DNA of 63,993 bases, the filler included, from Piptocephalis cylindrospora (Eukaryota), in the NCBI GenBank assembly GCA_003614145.1. It is 3 parts of 3 records of this genome, joined end to end, with 100 filler letters (N's around TTAATTAATTAA, not from the genome) between each part and the next. Parts side by side here need not be neighbours in the genome. Positions count along the whole stretch, not along the records: positions 1 to 24,385 come from KZ987786.1; 2 more parts are not named here. One strand, given 5' to 3'. Shown here piece by piece: positions 1 to 11,172 of the stretch. The translations under genes were made by a program, and so were the position numbers. The notes beneath the pieces were generated by a model, which worked only from the letters and a program-made list of their open reading frames with translations, ran no database searches and was not told the origin of the DNA. Within the stretch, counting starts at the first letter, position 1. Each line of letters opens with the position of its first letter.

Positions 1-594
1 AAGAAGACAAGGTGATTCTAGGGGCGGAGACTTGGAGTACTTGAACAAGGATCGGGCTGAAGTTCTCATGTAGAATAAGGATAATGTTGCATGGGGCTCA
101 AGGGTGTCCTTGCCCTTTGTAGTGCATGGTTAAGGGAGGGACGGGGTCATGATAAGCACTCCTTTGTGCATAGTAGGCGCTACCCAACAGGATCATAGAC
201 CTTCTTAATCAAAGTGTTCCAGATCTCTTTATGCTAATACTTCATAAGCTCAATCTGGAGACCTTGTAAAATCATACATCTTATTAAATTGTCATTCTGC
301 TATCAGTCCTTGAATCCTTCTCCTATGGTTGACTATCTTACCTTTAGCCACCACAGTGGATTATTATCTCATTGAACGTACCAGCAGAGGCTTCCATGAT
401 CGCTTGGCCCAATACTCCTAGCCAACATTACCACCATCTTTGGTGACATTCATAGGTGCTCCAATCTCCCCACACACTCCCTCTCTCGCGCTACTCCTTG
501 TGCCTTGTTTACAAGCTTTCCTCTTTCCCTCGACCTTACACACGCACACATCCGTCTTTCAAACACTGCATTCAACGACGAGGTACCTGATAGT

Positions 595-3176
595 ATGGAT
601 GCAATCTTTGCCGGCGAGAACCAAGAGTTTTGGGAGCAGGTCAAGACGGGCGTGCGGGATCGGGCCGTGTACGCAGATGCCGTGGCTCTTGCAGCCCTCA
701 ATTGGTCTTGTGCCGGGGGACCCGCTTCCTTACTCGAACGAAGGGCTTGGTCCGTGGGATCCTTGGAGGAGGCGGTCCGAGGCCTGGGTGAACCTGAAGG
801 AATCCGGGTCAAGGGCGCAAATGGTAGTGTGTTCTTGCTCGGGGATACCCGGTTAAGCGAGGGGCTAGAGAAGGTGCATAGGATACTTTCCCAGGGCAGG
901 CACACATCCTGTCACCTTTTCCTGAGCCTACCCCTTACGAGTTACACGTACCAATGGCCCGAGTTTGAGGACACGGAAATGGTGATGGATGCTGGGTACC
1001 TAGTCCATAAGGTGATTTCGTGGATGAATGTCGGGTATGTAATGTGATGTAGAAGAGGGTCTCTTGCGGGATAAAATCTAACGAAACTATTCTACTCCTG
1101 ATGGGGAATGGGATATAATCCCGCTAGGGGGATTGACCATCCTGAGGTGGAAGTGACAGATGGGGGATCAGCCCTGTTGTGGAGTCGAATGATCCCTCGG
1201 ATGCTGCTTGCACCAGGGCTGACTGATGTGTTTCCAGCGCTGGATGTGGATCCAGAAGGTAAGAGGAACTGGGTGAGAGGTATGGAAGGGATAATGTCTT
1301 CTCTGACCCATCCAATCTACCTTTACTTAGCCGCCGCCAATGCATCGTATATTTCGAATGTATTTACGGAAGAACAGCGGGATGGCCTTCGACGCTTGGG
1401 TGCTGCGGTCTCCTCTGCTCTAGGGACCTTGCAAGCGCGCGGGGAATACTTTACCATTGGTAAGTTTACCGTTGATTACCTAGAGAGCGAGGCTCATTGA
1501 TTTATCCTTTTTATGGGGCCATGTAGGGGAGTCGGCAAAGTATGTGGCTCATCAAGCCATGGCTTACGAATCCTACGGGGCACATGGGGAGACGGAGGCT
1601 CCTGTGGTGTCGGTGATGGTGGTGGACAGGACGATGGATGTATGCGCCCCGCTTCAGCATGGGTCGCCCTCCCTTCTGGACCATGCCTATCATACCTTAC
1701 CACGGAAGGGAAAGGGCGGATCCATGGATCTTCGGGTTCAATCCAAGATCCTCGCCCCCAACCCCGCTGGATTGATGAAGGAAATGCAACTGGATATCCC
1801 TGGGTCCTCGGTTGAAGAGATGGCCAAAGTGGAAAGAGATGATGGATCGTTTGGTATTGCTCATCATGGGGATGGCGAAGTGATGGGCCTGATGGAGCAG
1901 CTGATTCTCGAGGACCGAAAGGATGGATTGATTAGGCTACGGACGGTCCTTGGGGAGATGGTGGGGTCGGAGGCGCCTTCCGTCAGGATACCCCGGAGTG
2001 TAGGGAGGGTAACACCAGCCCTTCTCTCCAAAATCCTATCGGTGATCAAGGAGGAGGAGCAAATTTGTCTGATGCATCCACGGCTCCTCGAGCTGACCGC
2101 GACAATGATTGATGCATTGCAATGCAGGTAAGATTGCTTTGATCTATGGGTGGAGATGGAAAGGGAAGTGCCCCCTCTGGCTCATGGCTACGCCCCCCTC
2201 TATGTAGCTCCAAGGGAGGGCAGGATGAGGAGATGGCCACGTTGGAAAAAGAAATAGGTGTGTACGCTGCCGGAAGGGAGGATGAGACGCTAGGTGACAT
2301 CCTTTTGGCCAATAGTCCCCGCCCCGGAATGGCGGCTGGAGGGACGGGCAAGAAGGGTATGGCCCTCAAGGAAGCCCTTCTCCTTGCCCTGTATGCCTAC
2401 GGAATTCGTGGTGGGGAGGGAGGGGTGGGGGAAGAGGTGGAACTCAAGTTGATGGAAACCTGGTGGGTGGCGGCAGTGGAGGGGCTCAAGGAAGAGGGGG
2501 TGGAAAGGGAAAAGGTAGTGTCCCTACATGGAGGTCAAGGCCCTGTGGGGAAGGAGGGGGTTGAAAGGTGGTTAAGTGGGTGTATGAAACGATTTAAGGA
2601 AATTTCTCTTGCTCGACAGGATCTACAGGAACTTGGGTAAGAGGAAGAGGAAAGGGAGAGGGGGAGAGAGGATCGCTATTCACCCATCCGTTGGACCGAT
2701 AGATCGCTAGCACGACAGGATACCCTGATTCCATATACGGCGTTTGTGCAACAGCTGCTAGATGAAGTCTACCGAACTGGACACATGGACGAGGCCATGG
2801 ATGAGGGAGGGTTACGTGGCGGGAGAGGAGGTTCCAGAGAATGGGAGTATATACGACGAGATGATGGGGATCTGGGAAGGATGGTGATGTCGGGGCTTGG
2901 TCGGTTACTCAAAGGGGGGACCCCTCATCCGGGGAAGAGTCCTAGGCTCCTCCTCGTTATCGTGGGAGGGGTGACGTTCCACGAAGTGCGATTAATTCAG
3001 GAGACCATGCGTATCCATCCGGACAAGGAGGTCAGTGTGATGTTTTTCCCTTACACCTTTGACCTTGGATACTCATCCTCCCCTTGCCCCTTATGTAGGT
3101 TATGGTGCTAAGTACGGATATTGCCGATCCTGGCAAGATGATTCGACACATCCTGTACGAGTCATCCCTGGAGTGA
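595..3176 (+). CDS. SCFD2: Sec1/Munc18-family protein, SCFD2 (Sec1 family domain-containing 2 / plant MIP3)-like; multi-exon
   Basis: The N-terminus EFWEQVKTGVRDRAVYADAVALAALNWSC, the central VMVVDRTMDVCAPLQH and the C-terminal HPGKSPRLLLVIVGGVTFHEVRLI..VMVLST recall SCFD2 motifs. ORFs 505-1047, 1108-1500, 1544-2131, 2146-2640 and 2746-3111 are linked by GT..AG introns. Last exon ends TGA at 3174-3176. Confidence 0.8.
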
Positions 3177-3759
3177 ATGGGCTGATGAGGTGATATGGCC
3201 CTATATATGGATGAGGACCAATGATCGTGTCATTGAGAAGGGTGGTTAGAGAGATAATGTCTGTGTTTCCTAGGTCCGTATCTGTTCCTCTCCTAGCCTG
3301 TTTTTGTCAGCGTCCACTCCACCCTGGCCGAATGACATTGTGGTGGGCTTATGTATGGGAAGATCCTCCTGAGAGAAGGATGGGTGTCACATCCCACCCC
3401 TACAGGGACCATACCTTGTAAGATGACGCGCACACCTCGACCAGGCCAATGTACACTCGTTCGCCTATTTACTCACGCAAGCACGCACACTTGCTCTGGG
3501 TTCCATGGCTTGCGGAGATCCCTCGTTCTTTGGATCCCGAGGAGGGTGGCCAGGATATGTGAGAATCAGAGACTCATTTCCCTTCTCCAGGTAGAGCATA
3601 TCTCACTCTCCTAGCTTCCCTACACGACCCCAGTTCGTCAGTCCTTCCACCAATCTATTTCGTCCAAGACTTGAAACCATAAACCGAGACACACTGCTTT
3701 CTTCTTCTCCTCTTCCTCCTCTTCTGCTCCTCTATACACCCATCACCAGCAACACCAAT

Positions 3760-4635
3760 ATGCCCTACACCACGACCAAAGACAAAGTGACCCTTACTAC
3801 GGCAAAAGACAAGGTGGAGGTGTACCTTTACGGAGCGACCGTGACCTCCTGGGAAAGCTGTGGGAAGGAACGGTTATACCTGAGTAAGACGGCCAAGCTG
3901 GACGGGAGCAAGGCTGTGCGTGGAGGCATCCCCCTGGTCTTCCCGGTCTTTGGCAAGTATCCAGCGGCTCATGAGTATGGGGACTTGCCACAGCATGGAT
4001 TTGCCCGAATCTCCACCTGGAGGCTCGTGGCTGTTCAGGAAGAGGACAATGGGGAAGTGGTGGCAACGTTCGGGCTGGGCCCTGAGGATGTGGATCCCAA
4101 ATTGACTGGGGCGTGGCCCAATGCCTTTAAGCTGGAGTACCGCGTCAGTGTAAGTGAATGCAAGCTGGAGACGCAACTGACGGTCCAAAACCCTGGGCAT
4201 GAGCCCTGGCCCTTCCACGCCCTCTTCCACACCTACCTCCGGACCGAGGGAGCCGACCAGGTGCGGATCCATGGACTTCAGGGTCTCAACTACACTGACA
4301 AGGTCTTGGGTGAAGCGGATGGGCACGAGGTCGATGAGTCCATCACCCTGACCGGGGAAACGGATCGGGTGTATGCACATGCACCAGAACAGCTGTCGGT
4401 GGAGGTGGGTAAGGGGATGCAGATGACGATGCAGTCCAGTGGGACCGAGGATGTGGTGGTGTGGAACCCATGGGTGGAAAAGGCCCGGGCCATGGGGGAT
4501 TTTGATAATGATGGCTGGAAGGAAATGGTGTGTGTTGAAATTGGGTCCGTGGCCACTGAGGTTGCCCTGGCTGCCGAAGGTGGGACCTGGGAGGGGAAGC
4601 AGGTCATGAAGGTAAAGGACTCCTCTTGCTGTTAG
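3760..4635 (+). CDS. Glucose-6-phosphate 1-epimerase (D-hexose-6-phosphate mutarotase, aldose 1-epimerase family)
   Basis: Intronless 291 aa ORF with YGATVTSW, AVRGGIPLVFPVFG, LPQHGFAR, ALFHTY, VVVWNPW and MVCVE motifs. Confidence 0.93.
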   Translation: MPYTTTKDKVTLTTAKDKVEVYLYGATVTSWESCGKERLYLSKTAKLDGSKAVRGGIPLVFPVFGKYPAAHEYGDLPQHGFARISTWRLVAVQEEDNGEVVATFGLGPEDVDPKLTGAWPNAFKLEYRVSVSECKLETQLTVQNPGHEPWPFHALFHTYLRTEGADQVRIHGLQGLNYTDKVLGEADGHEVDESITLTGETDRVYAHAPEQLSVEVGKGMQMTMQSSGTEDVVVWNPWVEKARAMGDFDNDGWKEMVCVEIGSVATEVALAAEGGTWEGKQVMKVKDSSCC

Positions 4636-4744
4636 ACTTGGGTGAGGGAGGATTTGAGGAGGCTGATTTCAATGAGAAAAGCGATTCAATCATGCGAGTG
4701 CTTTGAACCATTGTGAAACTGGGAGAGGGGGTCGTTTATTTCCA

Positions 4745-4796
4745 TTAGTTAGTTAGTTAGTCAGTCAGTCAGTTAGTCAATCAGTTGGTTAGTTAG
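4745..4796. repeat. Imperfect tetranucleotide microsatellite (TTAG/TCAG)n
   Basis: ttagttagttagttagtcagtcagtcagttagtcaatcagttggttagttag. Confidence 0.85.
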
Positions 4797-4921
4797 GATG
4801 GTTGCTCAAGGAGGCAGCATAAAGCTCCGTGTGACCGGTCACTTTCACAGGGGGGAGGGTCAATCAAGGATATCCTTTATTTCGCCACTTCTCTTCTTTT
4901 CTACTCGCCATCTCGTCGCAC

Positions 4922-5758
4922 ATGTCCACGGAAAAACCGACATCACCACCCCACTCATCCACTGAATGGCTTCGTCTGGCTTTGTTGGCTTGGACTTGCT
5001 TATCCTGGTCAAGGGCCTCCACCCCATTGCCACCACAACCACCTCGATCACGCCAGACGATAGACCCAGAGGGACTGGGGAGGAGGGCCCGAAGATGGCG
5101 GAACTACCTTCATCTCACCTGGGTCTACCTCTTACTTCGTCGGCTAGGTCCTGGATTGGGTCGAGGAACGAGCGGATTGACAGGGCAGGAGACCTTGCGG
5201 TATATTGCAGCTTTGACCACCCTTGTGCTCCTGGACGAGACATGCGCTCTTCTACCCCTACGGCTCCTCACCCTGTGGGATAGGCCGCTCCCTCGAGGGC
5301 TTGAAGCTATGGAGAGTCTAAGCTTGGATGAAGACTGTGCCATCTGCTTTGGAACGGGAACACGGGAGAAGCAGGCGCTTGGAGTGGAGGCATACTGTAC
5401 CAAGTCGAATCGACATAGGGCTCATCCCCGATGCTTCCTTTCATGGATGGAGTCTCAGGGGATTGCAGGGTCTGGAGGAAGGAGGTGGGATGAAGATGTC
5501 GAGGGTATTGGACCCCCATGCCCCGTATGTCGGGGACCAACCGAGTATATTTTGGAGCAGGGATGGCACTCGACAATTGGGGGATTTAGGGCATGGGCGT
5601 CTCAGGGTCTATGGGAGCTGGAGGGAGCCGATGTACGATCTAGGATCATCGAGGTAATGGTATGGGGGACTGGGGTCCTCATAAGTGTTTGGATCGGTCG
5701 ACACCACCGTCTCCCCCTTTTGCCTAGTCCGAGCAACCTTAAGAGATGGAATAGGTGA
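4922..5758 (+). CDS. Membrane-associated RING-finger protein (putative E3 ligase)
   Basis: 278 aa ORF with CAIC...YCTKSNRHRAHPRC...CPVC RING-like ligand pattern, flanked by hydrophobic segments. Confidence 0.7.
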   Translation: MSTEKPTSPPHSSTEWLRLALLAWTCLSWSRASTPLPPQPPRSRQTIDPEGLGRRARRWRNYLHLTWVYLLLRRLGPGLGRGTSGLTGQETLRYIAALTTLVLLDETCALLPLRLLTLWDRPLPRGLEAMESLSLDEDCAICFGTGTREKQALGVEAYCTKSNRHRAHPRCFLSWMESQGIAGSGGRRWDEDVEGIGPPCPVCRGPTEYILEQGWHSTIGGFRAWASQGLWELEGADVRSRIIEVMVWGTGVLISVWIGRHHRLPLLPSPSNLKRWNR

Positions 5759-5789
5759 TGAGAGGGTGATTTGTAGTATATTTAAATTA

Positions 5790-6471
5790 TTATTGGCTCT
5801 TCAGAGCAATTCCCCCACCACTGCTTCTGGTCTTGAAGGGGCCAGTATGGAGATGTCGACGTCTCTGCCGGTGCATATGACCCATCATATGGGCGAGGCC
5901 AAATGGATACAGGGCCAGAAGAGCATAAGTGGGGATGGTACCTGCTAGGCCGTACTCGTAGGCAATGGAGGGAAGAGACAGGTAGAGGAGATAGGCTTCG
6001 CTCCCGGCACCCAGGGGATACAGTATGTAGAAGAGAGAGTATCGGGCCCATTGGAGGGCCGCTCGAACTGTGACCAGGCCCGATCCTCCCATGGACTTGG
6101 CCGGTTGGGTCGGGAGGAGAAAGTAATAGGCATATCGCATGACCTCGGATACGGCCCAGATCCCGCACATCATCGGAAGGACAGGGGAGGCAGAAATGTC
6201 AGGATGGCCCAGGCCTTCGCATACACCCACAAGGATAAAGAGACGCATTAGCGTCTGGATGACCGTGGGACCCACGGATGTTCGGACCAGGCCTGTCAAA
6301 GCGTGTACCACCTCGAGACACGCGGTCATCAGGGCAAGACGGACCGGAGGTCCAAGGGTAGTCAGGGCCGAGGGAGACTGAACGACCCCTAGGGCGTGAG
6401 CCAGGGTTAGACAGCCAATAAAGCCAGAGGAGGCACGAGCTGAGATTATACGCCACCAAATATGCACTCAT
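5790..6471 (-). CDS. PHS1: Very-long-chain 3-hydroxyacyl-CoA dehydratase (PTPLA/HACD/Phs1); apparent frameshift near the 5' end
   Basis: The ATG at 6471 gives MSAYLVAYNLSSCLLWLYWL, a typical Phs1 N-terminus. The rest (LEVVHALTGLVR, SEVMRYAYY, WARYSLFYILYPLGAGSE, HMHRQRRR) is in the next frame (ORF 5790-6467). Confidence 0.85.
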
Positions 6472-7143
6472 GGTGTATTTTTAAGGGGTATGGGATATGA
6501 AGGGTAGATGGTAGAGAGGCAATATCCATTGCCCCTGGGTTCTTGGGAAAGTGCACTAGGTCCACCTTTTATTTATACTGAACGGAGGGTGGCTATGAAG
6601 AATGGTCCTCGTTTATCCTGGACTCTCTGTCTGCTGAGGGCTGTGAGGGGGAGATACTGAGGGGGGCGAAACGAGGCTCAGCCGGGCCTTTGAAAGGGGA
6701 CCCATTGTGTGAGATCTCTGAGTTTTATTGATATGTGTGGCTTAGTTCACATCCTTTGCTCATGGTGGGAAGAAGCATTGAGGAATGGTCAATGACGATC
6801 CCTTGAGCATGAGGGATAGATAGGATTCCTGAGGAGAGTATATACGGATGAATCTGTAGAAGGGAAGATCCATGTTGTTCATATAAGTGCATAGGAGACC
6901 ATTCATGTAAAGGGTCTGTGGTCGAGCATCCATGAGGATGGACGATAATCATCATCACCAATCTCTCTTCCCGATGAAAGTACCTTCGGTTCAAAGAAGA
7001 ATTGTCGTAATCAATCCAGACCAGAGCGGGAAATCAGCCATGCTGCTGTGTTGGGATAAACAACACACAATGGATCCTTATTGCACGCGTATACGACCTC
7101 CTCATCTCCCTCATCCCATCCCATCTCCTTTCATCCATGCCGC

Positions 7144-7734
7144 CTAGAGATCAATCTTCTCCTCCCGGATACCAGCCTTGTCAACGATGTGACAGGTAAA
7201 TCCGGCAAAGTTGACGAGGAAACGTCGCTTCATCTCATCGACACATAACTTGGCCACAGCCTTGACTTCCTCCACATTCATCCCAGGTCGATGGTGTCTA
7301 TCGAGAACAGAGAGGGTAAAGTACTGTCCGTAGCCCTGGGAAGCATATGGGACAGAGACGGACGCGGCCAGATAGTCGATCCAATGCAGAGAAGGCTCAT
7401 CCTTGACGGGGTCAAAACCCGCGAGCAGCATATTCACCTGGTAAGGATGACGACTACGCAGGGCCTGCGCCAGCTCCCCCCGCACAAAGGAGGCTACAGC
7501 CGAGGGAGAAAGCTCCACATTGTTTCGAATCCCATAGAGGCGGACGTTCCGCTTGATAAACTCGGCAAAGTTGACCGTGTCACCCGACTCTCCCGAATAC
7601 AGCATGAGCGAGTGTGGGTTGAGGGACATGGATTTGATCTCATCGTGCTTCATGACCGTGATGCCCCTTGCCTGAGTGGTGTCGGTGATGGTCAGGACAA
7701 AATCCTTTCCGGTAATGCCGATAAGAAATTCCAT
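7144..7734 (-). CDS. PRE1: 20S proteasome subunit beta 4 (PSMB2 orthologue)
   Basis: Intronless 196 aa: MEFLIGITGKDFV, GESGDTVNFAEFI, LRSRHPYQVNMLLAGFD, LHWIDYLA. Confidence 0.95.
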   Translation of the reverse strand: MEFLIGITGKDFVLTITDTTQARGITVMKHDEIKSMSLNPHSLMLYSGESGDTVNFAEFIKRNVRLYGIRNNVELSPSAVASFVRGELAQALRSRHPYQVNMLLAGFDPVKDEPSLHWIDYLAASVSVPYASQGYGQYFTLSVLDRHHRPGMNVEEVKAVAKLCVDEMKRRFLVNFAGFTCHIVDKAGIREEKIDL

Positions 7735-7935
7735 AGGAAGGGATAGGTAGAACGGGGGGACGGGTGAGATGGATAGATCAGGACAGGAGGAGGGAGAAGG
7801 GTGGAGGAAAGAGGTATTCTCCCATCCACATCACCGACCTCGCCCACACTCCGCGCCACTTGCGTGTCATACCCGCGCCACCTTTGTATGGGGAAGTAGG
7901 TTCACAAGTAAATATGAAGAAAACCAAAAAATACT

Positions 7936-8008
7936 GGTCGTATGGCCCAATGGATAAGGCGTCCGCCTACGGAGCGGAAGATTCCAGATTCGATCCCTGG
8001 TACGATCA
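7936..8008 (+). tRNA. tRNA-Arg (anticodon ACG)
   Basis: Acceptor stem GGTCGTA/TACGATC, D-arm GCC-CAATGGATAA-GGC, anticodon arm TCCGC-CTACGGA-GCGGA and T-loop TTCGATC. A T5 Pol III terminator follows shortly after. The T-stem has an A53:C61 mismatch. Confidence 0.9.
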
Positions 8009-8115
8009 TATCTTTTTGTGGACAATGTCTTGGATGGTCTCGGAGACAAGATCATACGAGAAAGTCAATCTTTTGTATATTTCAAACAGTCTGAGGAAGA
8101 GCCATCTTGTCATCC

Positions 8116-10109
8116 TCATCCAGCCATTTCTAGACGGTCCCGAAGGCCAGGTTGGGCGGCCAAGCCGACTATGGCCCATTGCGCCGCATGGGATGTCTAA
8201 CGATGAGGAGAGGATGAGGAGTTATCAAGATGCCGAATTGCTTATCAGGGTTAGCTTACCAAATCCAACAGAGGACGATTTACATTGTCCAAGGTGTCGC
8301 AATCTCGGTGATAGCATGGATCCCTAGGAGTACGAGCAAGGCCACCATGCTCTCTACGTTCCTCGGGGGATTTGACTTCCCCGGCCCCTGAATGAGATGG
8401 AGGTGGGTGAGACTCCTATGCAGGTCTTTCTCTTCACCATCAAGAAAAAATTCGTACCAGTGAGAATGCCTCCGGCAGGGATACCATCGAGGAGAAAGGG
8501 AAGAAAATCACTTCCACCCCACATGGGCTCCAGCTCATAGGGAATATTAGCTTGCTCAAAATACATTTCAAACTCCTCCTGAATCACCCGACTTCCTGTA
8601 GTGAGACCCGCTGGGGCGCTTTCGCCGTTGTGAATCTACAAAAGTGGGAAAGGTAAGTTGGAGGATGGATGCAAAGACACCTCCTCTACTGACCAGAGGA
8701 ATGCCATTGGGAGAGGCAAGCATATCAAAGTTCAGCGCTCCAACGATATTGTTTCTAGAAACTCCAGCTAAACTTTCCCCTTGGGATAGAGCATGGACAA
8801 AGGCACGGGACCCAAGGAGACCCAGTTCTTCAGCGCCCCACCAAGCAAAAAGAAGGCTAGAGGAGGGCTGAAAACCAGATCGATGTAGGGAGAGGAGGAT
8901 GGAGAGGGTGGAGGAGGCGCCAGAAGCATTGTCCACTAGCCCAGGGCCCGCAGGAACCGAGTCCAGATGAGAGCCAACTACAAGAACTTGGGCGTCTGAG
9001 GAGGACTTCTTTCCTGGCCAGAGGCACAGAACGTTCGAGGTAGTGGCCAGGGTGTAGGATGAAGAGGTAGAGAGGTTGATGCGCAGAAGAGATCCAGAGG
9101 CAAGAAGTTGCCCAGTTGAGTGGGAGGTCATGAGTGCTGGGATCCCAAGGAGCGGGTCCCCTTGACGCCATTGAGTTAGACGAGCGCGGGGATTGGGTAA
9201 TCTACCTGATCGGGGCTTCGTTAGATGGAAGATAATCCCAGAGGCCTTGGAGGTCTCTGCATGATGGGCCGCCTCCCATACGGAGCAGTTGGCTGGGAGG
9301 GGATAGGGGATAAGGGTGAGGGAATCCCGGGAACCGTTATAAGAGGAAAGGTGGCATGGATGGCCATGAACAGGGGAGACACGAGCCCCTTGAACATTAA
9401 CCAGACCATTACCCCCACCATACCGAAGCTGGGTAAAGTCTCTACCCTCCTGCAGTATCACATCTACAAGGCCATGCGTACTCAGAGATGCAGGATTATC
9501 CTGGGTCCAGATGGGGACAGTGAAGGTTTGGGTGGTGGGTTTGCACGGAGCATACGAGCCCAGACGCCCAATAAGGTAGTCCGCTGAGGCATTGTATCCA
9601 GGGCCCACGGCCCTGGTACCATTGTGTTTACTAGCCAAGGAGCTAAAGGCACGAAGGTGGTCAAAGATATCCTCCACGTCCAATGCCCGATCGTACATTT
9701 TCCTTTTTGCTGAGGGGATAAGCTGGGTGAGTGGGAATGGCGGATGGAGTGGATGGATAGACGGAAGGGAGTACCTACCAAAGGGTTCATTGGTGGGCCG
9801 AAGGAGGTAAAAGGCGATGAGGACGACAACGGAGATGCCCATGACACTGAGAGTGAGCTGAGAACAGCGATTACGCCTTGGGGAATCCTCTGCCCCTAGG
9901 CCCGATCGCTCCAATTGACTGGTGACTCCGCTGAATAGGGAATGGTTTCGTCGGAGCAGATCTCTGGCTGCATTGAGCGGCCGATTTGGCGCTGAGGGAA
10001 GGGCGGCGTTGGGAGGTTAGAAGGGTATGGTCGGATTGAAAAGCGAGAGGTATCTAGCCGTCTTACCAGGTCGGCTCGGCTGGATGAGCGGAGTGGATTC
10101 AGCTGACAT
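8116..10109 (-). CDS. Type II membrane M28 aminopeptidase with PA domain (aminopeptidase Y-like); multi-exon
   Basis: Exon 1 MSAESTPLIQPSRP is spliced (GTAAGA..CAG) to ORF 8568-9914, which has a TM anchor, GSHLDSVPAGPGLVDNASG, WWGAEELGLLGS and LNFDMLASPN. Later exons give GGSDFLPF and DPCYHRDCDTLDNVN. Stop at 8116-8118. Confidence 0.88.
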
Positions 10110-11172
10110 GGGAGAGAGGGTTCGGTGTACAAAAGTGAATGGAGGAGAGGGGGAGAGTGAATGAAGGAAAAGTAGGGATTTGAAACTAGGCAGCCCTCTT
10201 CCGGAAGCCGAGAAAATAATCAAGTGGGATGAAGGAGAGGAGAAAATAGAGGAAAGAATGAGGGGCGGGTGAGATGGTGGATACGGGTCATCCCTTATGA
10301 CAGAAGGATATTCCACCGGAGTTTAAGCGTGTGACGTGGGTATAGACCGCGAAGAGCTGGTCCCTCCCACAGCCTATCATGCATGATGGGCTATTAGGTA
10401 ATGGCCCTTCCAAGCACCATGCCAATGTGAATATCAAGAGGAGTGTGTTGTTGATGGGCATGAGAGTAGTGTTGAGATTGCATAGTAGTTCTCGGATGCC
10501 CTTGGGGTCTTTCAGAGTATTCTTCCTGGAATGCTGAATAGGAGACGTTAAGCGACTATTCTGGACATCGATCACCGATCCTCCCAGACGGCTTTTCGGA
10601 GCAATAAATAGAGTGATGGGTGTGGGATGGGTGGAAAGGGAAGTTCTCTGACTTTATTTAGATATACCACCATTTTTCATCGTCATTGTCATCAACATAC
10701 AAGCATAGTGCTGATAGTAGTATCGTCGTGGCGCATGAAATGGGGATCCAACCCCTGTTTCGTACATTTTTACATTGAGGAGGCGTGTTCCTCCACATGA
10801 GGGAGGGACCCATGACTGCGCATGACACCTTGGAGGCATCTGATCTCTCCCGTCCACCAGGGATGCGAGGGTCGGAGCTGGTATACCTACCTGATAATAA
10901 AAGGGACACAGGGGGTCGTAGTAGTGCAGGACCGGGGTACACAAACTATCATAAAAACCGGACTGTTTCTCTCCTTCCCTTTCTCTCTTCCTCTCCCCCT
11001 CTCCTCTATTCAGACCCCACCATCTTTCATCCCAACTCTCTCATCTCCTGTTCTTACCTTTTCCCTTGCCTTGCCTTTCCTGGTCTCTTCATCTTTGCTT
11101 CACCATCCACCACCCATTTTTTCGACCTTGTCGCTTTACTCTTAACCACCCACCCATTCGCTTCTCAACACC

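Noticed and set aside
1..69. Possible start of a minus-strand gene (MRTSARSLFKYSKSPPLESPCLL) running off the window
   Set aside because: Only 23 codons are visible and there is no recognisable motif.
6725..7147. Short ORFs between PHS1 and PRE1
   Set aside because: No motifs or convincing splice model; likely UTR or intergenic sequence.
7764..8327. 187-aa plus-strand ORF
   Set aside because: Runs across the tRNA and antisense to the aminopeptidase 3' exons; spurious.
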